A stretch of 64,000 nt of DNA. Origin: Gemmatimonadales bacterium (GTDB lineage Bacteria; Gemmatimonadota; Gemmatimonadetes; Gemmatimonadales; JACORV01). Positions within the stretch are counted from its first letter, which is position 1; the number at the start of each line of letters is the position of its first letter. The DNA lies in the NCBI GenBank assembly GCA_035502185.1, contig DATJUT010000112.1, positions 30,942 through 94,941 of the forward strand, given 5' to 3'. The notes under the pieces are model-generated. The model saw only the letters and a list, made by a program, of their open reading frames with translations, searched no databases and was not told the origin of the DNA. Positions 54,715 through 62,760 of the stretch are shown here, piece by piece. Position numbers and translations under genes: made by a program.

Positions 54715-55692
54715 ATGACCGACCCGACCACGCCCTCCGAAGAGGGCGGCGCGCCGCCGCCGTCCGCCGAAGGCGAATCGCCACCGCCGTCCGGCGCGCC
54801 GCCTGCGAGCGGCCCGGAGCCGGAGCCGAGCGCCGTCGCGTCGGATCACGCTCCCGAATTGCCCGCCGACGCCGGCGCCGCCGCGACGGACGCTGCCGGG
54901 TCTTCACCGGCGGCCGGGACGGCGGCGGCAGCACTCGCCGAGACGGAGGCCGACACCGCAGCGGCCGGGGAGGTCGAGCCGCCGCTCCCCGAGACCCGGG
55001 AGTCGCGGGCCGCCACCGCCGCGGCGCGCGTTCCCGTGCGCCGCCATCACTGGATCGTGCGCGTCACCCACTGGGTGAACACGGTGGTGCTGATCGGGAT
55101 GGTGGCCAGCGGGCTCCAGATCTACGACGCGTACCCGCGCTTCGGCATCCGCGGCACCAGGCTCCCGCTGCCGAATCCGCTGGACTCGCACGCGGTGCCG
55201 CGGTGGGCCCGCCTCGGCGGATGGCTCGCCGGCGGCCTGAACTGGCACTTCTTCCTGATGTGGCCGCTGGTGCTGAACGGCCTCCTCTACCTCGGCTACC
55301 TGGTCGTCTCGGGCGAATGGCGGTCGCTGCTGTTCCGGCCCCGCGACGTGGGCCCCGCCATCGAGATGCAGAAGTACTACCTCCACCTCAGGCGCGAGCA
55401 CCCGCCGCAGGGGAAGCACAACGCGCTCCAGAAGGGAGCGTACAGCTTCATCGTCGTGCTGGGGATGGTGTCGGTGCTGACGGGGCTGGCGCTGTGGAAG
55501 CCGGTGCAGCTGTGGTGGCTCACCGGATTGTTCGGCGGCTACGAGCTGGCGCGCTACTGGCACTTCGTCGCGGTCTGGCTGTTCGTCGCCTTCATCGTCG
55601 TGCACGTCGTCCTGGTGTTCGCGGTGGACGTGGCGTCGCTGCCCGCGATGATCACCGGATGGTACCGCGGGAGGTTCCCGAGCCATGACTGA
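54715..55692 (+). CDS. b-type cytochrome membrane subunit (cytochrome b561 / Ni-Fe hydrogenase cyt b family) with long Ala/Pro-rich N-terminal region
   Basis: Sequence reads HHWIVRVTHWVNTVVLIGMVASGLQIY...NWHFFLMWPLVLNGLLYLGY...HNALQKGAYSFIVVLGMV...RYWHFVAVWLFVAFIVVHVV. The start is ATG 54715 or GTG 54688. Confidence 0.8.
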   Translation: MTDPTTPSEEGGAPPPSAEGESPPPSGAPPASGPEPEPSAVASDHAPELPADAGAAATDAAGSSPAAGTAAAALAETEADTAAAGEVEPPLPETRESRAATAAARVPVRRHHWIVRVTHWVNTVVLIGMVASGLQIYDAYPRFGIRGTRLPLPNPLDSHAVPRWARLGGWLAGGLNWHFFLMWPLVLNGLLYLGYLVVSGEWRSLLFRPRDVGPAIEMQKYYLHLRREHPPQGKHNALQKGAYSFIVVLGMVSVLTGLALWKPVQLWWLTGLFGGYELARYWHFVAVWLFVAFIVVHVVLVFAVDVASLPAMITGWYRGRFPSHD

Positions 55693-56398
55693 TCTCGATC
55701 GCCGGCGGTTCCTCCTGGGTGCGGCCGCGGCCGGAGCCTCGGCGCTCGGCGCCGCGTGCGGCTGGGACGGTGGCCGGGCGCTGAGGCCGCCCCTGCTGGC
55801 CTGGTCGGGCGTCAACGACTGGGTGAGCGCGCGGCTGTTCTCCTCCTCGCGCCTGGCGCGCGAGTACGCGCCGGCGCGCCGGACCGCGGATTCGGAGTTC
55901 CCCGGCTACTACGTCAGCGACGCCGTGCCGCTGCTGCGCGATCCCGCCGCGTGGCGGCTCCGCGTCGGCGGCCTGGTGCGCCGCCCCGCGGCCCTGGCCA
56001 TCGGCCAGCTGGTCGCGATGCCGCGGCTGTCGTACACCGTCAAGCACCACTGCGTGGAGGGATGGACCGCGATCGCGACCTGGGCGGGCGTGCCGTTCCG
56101 GGCGCTGGCGGAGATGGCGGAGCCGCTGCCGTCGGCGCGCTACGTCAGCTTCCGTTCCTTCGACAACGGTTACAGCAACGGGTGGGACCTGGCCTCGGCG
56201 ATGCACCCGCAGACGATCCTGGCGTACGCCTACAACGACCGCCCGCTGATGCCGGACCACGGTGCGCCGCTCCGGCTGTACTCGCCGACCAAGCTCGGCT
56301 ACAAGAACACCAAGTACCTGGTGGCGGTGGAATTCACGGACACGCGGCCGGGCGGCTACTGGGAGGATCAGGGGTATCCGTGGTACGGAGGGTTGTGA
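55685..56398 (+). CDS. molybdopterin-dependent oxidoreductase (sulfite-oxidase fold, YedY/MsrP-like), Tat signal
   Basis: The Tat signal is MTDLDRRRFLLGAAAAGASALGAA. Sequence continues ...YTVKHHCVEGWTAIATWAGVPF...PLMPDHGAPLRLYSPTKLGYKNTKYL. It overlaps the cytochrome b gene by 8 nt. Confidence 0.85.
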   Translation: MTDLDRRRFLLGAAAAGASALGAACGWDGGRALRPPLLAWSGVNDWVSARLFSSSRLAREYAPARRTADSEFPGYYVSDAVPLLRDPAAWRLRVGGLVRRPAALAIGQLVAMPRLSYTVKHHCVEGWTAIATWAGVPFRALAEMAEPLPSARYVSFRSFDNGYSNGWDLASAMHPQTILAYAYNDRPLMPDHGAPLRLYSPTKLGYKNTKYLVAVEFTDTRPGGYWEDQGYPWYGGL

Positions 56399-56412
56399 GT
56401 CGAGATGAAGGC

Positions 56413-56446
56413 GGGTGTCGGGTGTCGGGTGTAAGGGTGTGGGCCG
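56413..56446 (+). repeat. G-rich heptad repeat (GGGTGTC)n, canonical G-quadruplex motif
   Basis: Sequence is GGGTGTC GGGTGTC GGGTGTAA GGGTGT GGGCCG. There are five G3 runs with 3-5 nt loops. It lies in the 38-bp intergenic gap and overlaps the candidate GTG starts of the DUF2911 gene. Confidence 0.8.
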
Positions 56447-56961
56447 CCGCACTCGTGGCGGCGCTCCTGCTGACCTCGCCGCCGGCCGCGGCCCAGGGCA
56501 TCCCGTTCAGCCAGCGCGCGACCGTGAGCCAGCGCGTGGGCACCACCGACATCGCGATCGAGTACAACCGGCCGGTGGCGCGCGGGCGCAAGCTGTTCGG
56601 CGAGCAGGGCGTCGCGCGGTGGAACGAGATCTGGCACCCGGGCGCCGATTCGGCGACCACCATCACCTTCAGCCGCGACGTGCTGATCGAGGGGCGCGCG
56701 CTCGCGGGCGGCGCCTACACCCTGTGGACCATCCCGCGGCCCGACCGGTGGACGATCGTGTTCAGTCGCGCGGTCCACGTCTTCCACTTCCCGTATCCCG
56801 GCGAGAGCCAGGACGCCCTGCGGGTCGAGGTGACGCCGGAGACGGGCAGCCACATGGACGCCCTCGCCTTCTACTTCCCGGTCGTGGCGCCCGATTCGGC
56901 GATCCTCAGGCTCCACTGGGGCGAGATGGTGGTACCGATCCACATCCGCACCACGCCGTGA
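56437..56961 (+). CDS. DUF2911 family secreted protein
   Basis: GTG 56437 (alternative GTG 56422) gives the signal peptide (V)WAAALVAALLLTSPPAAAQG. Sequence continues ...IEYNRPVARGRKLFG...GAYTLWTIP.... The upstream part of the 401-aa track ORF is shadow sequence over the Mo-enzyme gene. Confidence 0.7.
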   Translation: MWAAALVAALLLTSPPAAAQGIPFSQRATVSQRVGTTDIAIEYNRPVARGRKLFGEQGVARWNEIWHPGADSATTITFSRDVLIEGRALAGGAYTLWTIPRPDRWTIVFSRAVHVFHFPYPGESQDALRVEVTPETGSHMDALAFYFPVVAPDSAILRLHWGEMVVPIHIRTTP

Positions 56962-56973
56962 GACACGGCTGTT

Positions 56974-57027
56974 GGCAGGTCGTGGGTGGTCGGTGGTGGT
57001 GGCGAGTACCACGACCCACCACCTGCC
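56974..57027. terminator. imperfect G-rich/C-rich hairpin between convergent genes
   Basis: GGCAGGTCGTGGGTGGT ... ACCACGACCCACCACCTGCC. The outer pair GGCAGG/CCTGCC and the inner pair GTCGTGG/CCACGAC both match. It lies between the DUF2911 stop (56961) and the GH15 stop (57041). Confidence 0.4.
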
Positions 57028-57040
57028 CCCCACCGCCAGT

Positions 57041-58873
57041 CTAGGTCGCCCCCGAAGCCGGGCTCGCCCCACCCGGCCGCAGCCGCTCCAGCAAATACGC
57101 CGTGCCAAGCAATGCCGCGTGGGAGAGCGCCTGCGGGAAGTTGCCGAGCTGCTCGCCGGAGGCGGGGTCGATCTCCTCCGCCAGCAGGCCCACGTGGTTG
57201 GCGCGCCGCAGCAGGTGGCGGAACAGCCGCTCCGCCTCCGCGAATTCGCCGACCATCGCGAGGTTCTGCACCACCCAGAAGCTGCACGCCACGAACGTGC
57301 CCTCGCCGCCGGTGAGGCCGTCGGGAGCGCGGTAGCGGTAGATCAGGTCCTCGCAGGGCGAGGCCAGCTCGCGCCGCACCGCCTCGAGCGTGCTGCGGAC
57401 GCGTGGGTCGCTGCGGCGCAGAAAGCCGATGTTGGGGATGATCAGCACCGCGGCGTCGAGCTGCGGCTCGCCGAACGCCTGGACGAAGGCGCGGCGGCCC
57501 GGGTCCCAGCCGCGCTCGAGCACCGCGGCGTGCACGGCCCGCGCCTCGCGCCGCCACGCGTCCGCGACGGCGGGGAGCTGCAGTCGGGTGGCGATGCGGG
57601 CCCCGCGGTCGAGGGCCGCCCAGGCCATCACCTTGCTGAACACGTAGTGCTTCGGCTCGCCGCGCGCCTCCCAGATGCTGAAGTCCGGCTCGCGCCAGTG
57701 GGTCGCCGTCCAGTCCACGAGCTGGCGCAGCACCTTCCACAATCCCTCGGTCACGGGCCCGCGGCGGTACCACAGGGCCACGGTCTCGAGCAGCTCCCCG
57801 TAGACATCGAGCTGGAACTGGCCGGCGGCCGCGTTGCCCACGCGCACGGGCCGCGCGCCGCGGTAGCCGTCGAGCCGCGGGATCGTCTCCTCGGGAAGGT
57901 CGCGCCGGCCGTCCACGCCGTACATGATCTGCAGGTGCCGGCCGTCGGAGCGCCGGGATACGCGCTTGAGGAAGCGGAGGAACCCGTCCACCTCCGACAG
58001 CAGGCCCAACCGCTCGAGGCCGTAGAGGACGAACGCCGCGTCGCGCAGCCAGACGTACCGGTAGTCCCAGTTGCGCTCGCCGCCCGGGGTCTCGGGGAGC
58101 GACGTCGTGGGCGCGGCGATGATCGCACCGCTCGGCTCGTAGCTGCACAGCTTCAGCACCAGGGCGCTGCGCTCGACCTCCTGCCGGTAGGGCCCGCGGT
58201 AGTCGAGCCGGGCGAGCCACTCGTCCCACCAGCGCGCCGTGGCGTCGAGCTTCTCGTCGGAGCAGTAGTCCTCGACGGGGTGGACCTCGTCGTCGTCGTG
58301 GCGGAGGACGAACCACGCCGCCTCGCCGGCCCGGAGCGCCAGGTGCGCGACCGCGCACCCCTCCTCGACCTGCCAGGTGATGTCCGGCGGGGCGGCGAGG
58401 GTGGCGACGTCGTCCTCGACGTCGGTGGCCAGGACGCCGTGGCGGCGTACCATCAGCTCCACCTTGAGCGCGCCGTAATCGAATCGCGGCGCGAACACCA
58501 CCTCCATCTCCACCGCGCCCCGGGGACAGCTGACGCGGCGGTGGATCTCGCTGGAGCGGTGGCGGGCGCCGGCCACCGGCATGAAGTCCGTGACCGCGAC
58601 GATGCCCCCGCTCTCGGTGTGGAAGGTGGTCACCAGGACGTTGGTCGCGAGCAGGTAGCGCTGCTCGCTGGTCCACGATCCGCGGGGCGCGATGCTCCAG
58701 CGCCCGCCGTGGGCGGCGTCGAGCAGCGCGCCGAAGACGCTGGGGGAGTCGAACCGCGGGGCGCACCACCAGTCCACCGAGCCGTTGCGGCCCACCAGGG
58801 CCGCCGTGTGGAGATCGCCGATGACGGCATAGTCGCCGATCGCGGGGTACGCCGCCGCCGGCGTCCCGCTCAT
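57041..58873 (-). CDS. glycoside hydrolase family 15 (glucoamylase/trehalase-like)
   Basis: This is the last 610 codons of the 1370-aa track ORF. It starts MSGTPAAAYPAIGDYAVIGDLHTAALVGRNGSVDWWCAPRFDSPSVF and contains ...NWDYRYVWLRDAAF... and ...GNFPQALSHAALL. The ATG overlaps the ots stop (ATGA). Confidence 0.9.
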   Translation of the reverse strand: MSGTPAAAYPAIGDYAVIGDLHTAALVGRNGSVDWWCAPRFDSPSVFGALLDAAHGGRWSIAPRGSWTSEQRYLLATNVLVTTFHTESGGIVAVTDFMPVAGARHRSSEIHRRVSCPRGAVEMEVVFAPRFDYGALKVELMVRRHGVLATDVEDDVATLAAPPDITWQVEEGCAVAHLALRAGEAAWFVLRHDDDEVHPVEDYCSDEKLDATARWWDEWLARLDYRGPYRQEVERSALVLKLCSYEPSGAIIAAPTTSLPETPGGERNWDYRYVWLRDAAFVLYGLERLGLLSEVDGFLRFLKRVSRRSDGRHLQIMYGVDGRRDLPEETIPRLDGYRGARPVRVGNAAAGQFQLDVYGELLETVALWYRRGPVTEGLWKVLRQLVDWTATHWREPDFSIWEARGEPKHYVFSKVMAWAALDRGARIATRLQLPAVADAWRREARAVHAAVLERGWDPGRRAFVQAFGEPQLDAAVLIIPNIGFLRRSDPRVRSTLEAVRRELASPCEDLIYRYRAPDGLTGGEGTFVACSFWVVQNLAMVGEFAEAERLFRHLLRRANHVGLLAEEIDPASGEQLGNFPQALSHAALLGTAYLLERLRPGGASPASGAT

Positions 58874-61134
58874 GTCGCGGGCTGCGCGAAGCCGCCCGCC
58901 GCGAGCCAGCGCAGCAGCTGCAACACCGCGTCGGGGTCGGGCAGATCGAGGTCCGACGCCGTCGCCGTCGGGAAGTGCGTGCTGGTCACGCAGATCGACC
59001 GCCCGATGCCGCGGAGCGAGCGGAACGCGTCCTCGTCGGTCACGTCGTCGCCGATGTAGAGCGCGCGCACGCGCGAGGGCCAGTCGGCGCCGTGGCGCCG
59101 CACCAGCACGTGGAGCACCGCGCGGCCCTTGTGCCAGTCGATGCCGGGCCGCGCCTCGAGCACCTCGTGCCCGAGGGTCACGCGCAGCCGCTGGCGGCGC
59201 AGCACCGACTCCACCAGCTGCTCGGCATGCTCCCGCTCCTCCGGCGGCACCCCGCGGAGATGGCAGCTCAGGGTGATGCCCTTCCGCTCCACCTGCGCGC
59301 CCGGGATCCGCAGCTCCTCCAGCGCGGCGGCCGCCCGCTCCAGGGCCGCGAGGAAGCGGTCGGTGCGGTCGTGGCGGAAGGAGATCCCCGGCCCCTCGAT
59401 CTCGAAGCCGTGGTTGCCCACGTAGGTCAGGCCCGCGATGCCCACCAGCTGCCGGACGTCGGCGAGCGAGCGCCCGGAGACGACGACCGTGTCGAGGTTC
59501 GGCGTGCGGGCCGCCTGCTCGAGCGTGGCCCGCGCCGCCTCCGAGAGCGTGGCGTCCTCGGGCCGCGGCACCAGCGGCGTGAGGGTGCCGTCGTAGTCCA
59601 GGAACAGCGCCACGGCCGGCCGCTCCGACAGCCACGGGGCGAGGCGGCGGCGCGCCGCGTCCGCCGGCGACGCCACCGAGGCCCGGGAACGGTCCGCGGC
59701 GGCCTCGGCGGCCGCGACGAAGCGGTCCACCCAGGCATGCACGTCGTTGGCGCGGACCCGGTCGCGCAGCGCCGACATGCGCGCCCGCCGCTCGTCCTGC
59801 GACATCGCGAGCGCGCGGTGCAGGGCGTCGGCGACCGCCTCGACGTCGAACGGATTCACCAGCAGCGCCTCCTGCAGCTCGTCGGCGGCACCGGCCATCT
59901 CCGAGAGGATCAGCACGCCGTCGTCCTCGAGCTGCGCCGCGGCGTACTCCTTCGCGACCAGGTTCATCCCGTCCCTGAGCGGGGTGAGCAGCGCGACGTC
60001 GGCGTGCCGGTACAGCGGCACCAGCTCGGCCGGCGGGAGCGAGCGCACCAGGTAGTGCACCGGGGTCCAGCCGGCCTCCGAGAACCGCCCGTTGATCCGG
60101 CCGACCGCCTCGTCGATCTGGCGCTTGAGATCCGAGTACTCGGCGACCCGCTCCCGGCTCGGCACCATCACCTGCGTGAACCGCACCCGTCGGCGGTACG
60201 CCGGGTAGCGCTCGAGCAGCCGCTCCACCGCGAGCAGCCGCTCGTGGATGCCCTTGGTGTAGTCGAGGCGGTCCACGCCGAGGATCTCGGCCACCCGCTC
60301 GCCGGCCGGGGGACGCGGCGCACCGTTCGGGCCGCGCGCCAGCGATTCGATCAGGGCCACGTCGATGCCGATCGGATGCGCCTGCACCGACACCGTCCGT
60401 CCCTCGAACCGCACCACGCCCGCGGTGCGGTCCACCTCGCAGCCCAGCAGCCGCTCGGCACAGGTGAGGAAGTGGTTCACGTAGGCGGGCACGTGGAAGC
60501 CCACGAGGTCGCAGGCCAGCACCCCCCGCAGCAGGCTGCGCGACCACGGCAGCACCCGGAACACGTCGGTCGCCGGGAAGGGGATGTGCAGGAAGAAGGC
60601 GATCCGGGCGGCCGGCGCCAGCCGCCGGAGGTGGTGCGGCACCCGCAGCAGCTGATAGTCGTGGATCCAGAACAGCGGCGCGTCCGGCTGCTCGGCCGCC
60701 GCCAGCTGCGCGAACCGCTCGTTCACGCGCTCGTAGGCGCGCCAGGTGGCACCGTCGATCTGGGTGTGCCCGAGGAAGTAGTGGAACAGGGGCCACAGCG
60801 TGCGGTTGGCGAAGCCGGCGTAGTACTGCGCGATCTCCGCGCCGGTGAGCGCGACCTGCCGGTAGGTCAGCCGGCCGGTCGCCGGCAGCGGCACGCCGCC
60901 CGGTCCCGCCTCTTCGCGCGGCACGCCGGGCCACCCGATCCACACGCCTCCCCGCTGCTCGAGCACCGGCTCGAGCGCCGCCACCAGGCCCCCGGGCGAG
61001 CGGGTGAAGTGCACCTGCCCCGCTTCCCGCTCGACCTGGAACGGCAGGCGGTTGCTCACCACCACGAGCCGCCGCGCGGACGGCGCCTCGGGGGGAGCGG
61101 GAGCGGGCGTGGCGAGCAGCGACGGAGCGGTCAT
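58870..61134 (-). CDS. otsA/otsB: bifunctional trehalose-6-phosphate synthase / trehalose-6-phosphate phosphatase (OtsA-OtsB fusion)
   Basis: 754 aa. The N-terminal GT20 part has VVVSNRLPF, GGLVAAL, WIGWPG, IHDYQL, FLHIPFP and LRDGMNLVAKEY. The C-terminal HAD part has ALFLDYDGTLTP and YIGDDVTDEDAF. Confidence 0.92.
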   Translation of the reverse strand: MTAPSLLATPAPAPPEAPSARRLVVVSNRLPFQVEREAGQVHFTRSPGGLVAALEPVLEQRGGVWIGWPGVPREEAGPGGVPLPATGRLTYRQVALTGAEIAQYYAGFANRTLWPLFHYFLGHTQIDGATWRAYERVNERFAQLAAAEQPDAPLFWIHDYQLLRVPHHLRRLAPAARIAFFLHIPFPATDVFRVLPWSRSLLRGVLACDLVGFHVPAYVNHFLTCAERLLGCEVDRTAGVVRFEGRTVSVQAHPIGIDVALIESLARGPNGAPRPPAGERVAEILGVDRLDYTKGIHERLLAVERLLERYPAYRRRVRFTQVMVPSRERVAEYSDLKRQIDEAVGRINGRFSEAGWTPVHYLVRSLPPAELVPLYRHADVALLTPLRDGMNLVAKEYAAAQLEDDGVLILSEMAGAADELQEALLVNPFDVEAVADALHRALAMSQDERRARMSALRDRVRANDVHAWVDRFVAAAEAAADRSRASVASPADAARRRLAPWLSERPAVALFLDYDGTLTPLVPRPEDATLSEAARATLEQAARTPNLDTVVVSGRSLADVRQLVGIAGLTYVGNHGFEIEGPGISFRHDRTDRFLAALERAAAALEELRIPGAQVERKGITLSCHLRGVPPEEREHAEQLVESVLRRQRLRVTLGHEVLEARPGIDWHKGRAVLHVLVRRHGADWPSRVRALYIGDDVTDEDAFRSLRGIGRSICVTSTHFPTATASDLDLPDPDAVLQLLRWLAAGGFAQPAT

Positions 61135-61295
61135 GGGACCTCCCGCGAGGCACGAACGGGTCCTGAACGGGCGTGAGGGCTACTCGTTACTGACCCGCGG
61201 GGGGCGGCGGGCGGAACGGCCTGCCTCCGGACTGGTACCGACGGGGGCTCCGCGTCGTTCCGGCGGACCGGGGGCCGGTGTACCATTCAGGTCCC

Positions 61296-62069
61296 ATGAC
61301 CCGCATCCACGGCAAGCTCGCGCTCGTCACCGGTGCCAGCTCCGGCATCGGCCTCTCCTGCGCCCGCCGTTTCGCGGCCGACGGGGCGCAGCTCGTTCTG
61401 TGGGCCCGCCGCCGGGAACGGCTCGAGCGGGCCGCCGCGGAGCTGGAGAAGGCGCACGGGGTCCGCGTCGAGGTGGCGGCGGTGGACGTGCGCGACCGCG
61501 GCGCGGTGGACCGGGCGGTGGGCGCGCTGGCGGCCGCGGGCCGGGTACCGGACATTCTGCTCAACAACGCGGGGCTCGCCGCGGGGTTCGCCAAGCTGCA
61601 CGAGGGCGATCCGGACCACTGGGACCGGATGATCGACACCAATCTCAAGGGGCTGCTCAACGTGTCGCGCGCGGTGCTGCCGCTGATGGTGCGGCGCGGC
61701 ACCGGCCACGTCGTGAACATCGGGAGCACCGCGGGCCACCAGGTCTACCAGGGCGGCAACGTCTACAACGCGACCAAGTTCGGGGTCAAGGCGCTCACCG
61801 AGGGGATGAATCTCGACCTGGCCGGCACCCGGGTGCGGGTCTCGAGCGTGGACCCGGGCCACGTGGAGACGGAGTTCGCCCTGGCGCGGTTCGACGGCGA
61901 CGCTGCCCGGGCGAAGCAGGTGTACGAGGGCTTCCGGCCGCTATCCCCGGACGACGTCGCGGACGCGGTGGCCTACGTGGTGGGCGTCCCCGAGCACGTC
62001 AACGTCCTGGATCTCATCATCGTGCCGGCGGCGCAGAGAAGTGTCAGCGTGATAGATCGTGAGAGGTGA
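61296..62069 (+). CDS. SDR-family oxidoreductase (YdfG-like)
   Basis: ATG at 61296. It starts MTRIHGKLALVTGASSGIG, and contains ...NNAG... and ...YNATKFGVKAL (YxxxK). Confidence 0.88.
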   Translation: MTRIHGKLALVTGASSGIGLSCARRFAADGAQLVLWARRRERLERAAAELEKAHGVRVEVAAVDVRDRGAVDRAVGALAAAGRVPDILLNNAGLAAGFAKLHEGDPDHWDRMIDTNLKGLLNVSRAVLPLMVRRGTGHVVNIGSTAGHQVYQGGNVYNATKFGVKALTEGMNLDLAGTRVRVSSVDPGHVETEFALARFDGDAARAKQVYEGFRPLSPDDVADAVAYVVGVPEHVNVLDLIIVPAAQRSVSVIDRER

Positions 62070-62120
62070 GAAGTGAGGCGTCACGCCGTCGCCTCTCACC
62101 CCTCACCCCTCACCTCTCAC
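62059..62120. repeat. GTGAG/CTCAC repeat element, copy C (hairpin)
   Basis: Sequence is GTGAGAGGTGAGAAGTGAGGCG-TCACGCCGT-CGCCTCTCACCCCTCACCCCTCACCTCTCAC. The outer 12-bp arms GTGAGAGGTGAG (62059-62070) and CTCACCTCTCAC (62109-62120) are perfectly complementary. The element contains the stop codons of both convergent genes. Confidence 0.85.
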
Positions 62121-62758
62121 TTTGCTTCCTGCACATACACCCGGGTCATCACCACCGGCTCCACCGGCAGATTCTCGTAGCTCCCCTGGCGCGTCGTCGG
62201 CACCGCCGAGATCCGGTCCGCGACGTCCATCCCCTCCGTCACGTGCCCGAACACCGCGTACCCCCAGCCGGCCACCGTCCTGGCCGTGAAGTCGAGCGGC
62301 GGATTGTCCACCACGTTGATGAAGAACTGCACGCCGCCGCTCTGCGGGTCGTAGGTGCGCGCCAGGGCCACTGCGCCGCGCACGTTCTTGAGCCCGTTGT
62401 CCGCCTCGTTGGGCACCGGCTGCGCGTTCGACGTCTTCTCCATGCCGGCGGCCGTGAGCACCCCCGCCTGGATCATGAAGCCCCGGATCACGCGGTGGAA
62501 CACCAGCCCGTCGTAGAAGTGGGCGTTCACGTGGTTCAGGAAGTTCTCCACGGTCTTGGGCGCCCGGTTGCGGTCGAGCTGGATGACGATGCGGCCCTTG
62601 GTCGTCTCGAGGACCACCACCGGCAGCGAGTCGCCGGCGGCGCCCTGGGCCGCCGGCACCCCGGCCGCGGTTTGGGGCCCGGGCTTGTGGCAGGCGACGG
62701 CCGCGAAGCCGGCGGCCGCGAGCGCGACAACGGAAAGGGTCCTGCGGATCTCGATCAC
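62117..62758 (-). CDS. cyclophilin-type peptidyl-prolyl isomerase, lipoprotein
   Basis: GTG at 62758 lies 6 nt after GGAGGA. The lipobox is VALAAAGFAAVAC. Sequence continues ...FYDGLVFHRVIRGFMIQAG...GAVALAR...FFINVVDN. Confidence 0.88.
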   Translation of the reverse strand: MIEIRRTLSVVALAAAGFAAVACHKPGPQTAAGVPAAQGAAGDSLPVVVLETTKGRIVIQLDRNRAPKTVENFLNHVNAHFYDGLVFHRVIRGFMIQAGVLTAAGMEKTSNAQPVPNEADNGLKNVRGAVALARTYDPQSGGVQFFINVVDNPPLDFTARTVAGWGYAVFGHVTEGMDVADRISAVPTTRQGSYENLPVEPVVMTRVYVQEAK

Positions 62759-62760
62759 GG

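Noticed and set aside
57041-61153. A 1370-aa ORF suggesting one giant protein spanning the GH15 and trehalose genes. Similar cases are 33801-37508 (+) 1235 aa and 2854-5610 (-) 918 aa.
   Set aside because: Only the C-terminal portions carry real domains (GH15; lipoprotein; DUF72). The N-terminal portions are shadow frames over other well-supported genes (otsA/B; the M28 peptidases and rbsK). I trimmed them to internal in-frame starts.
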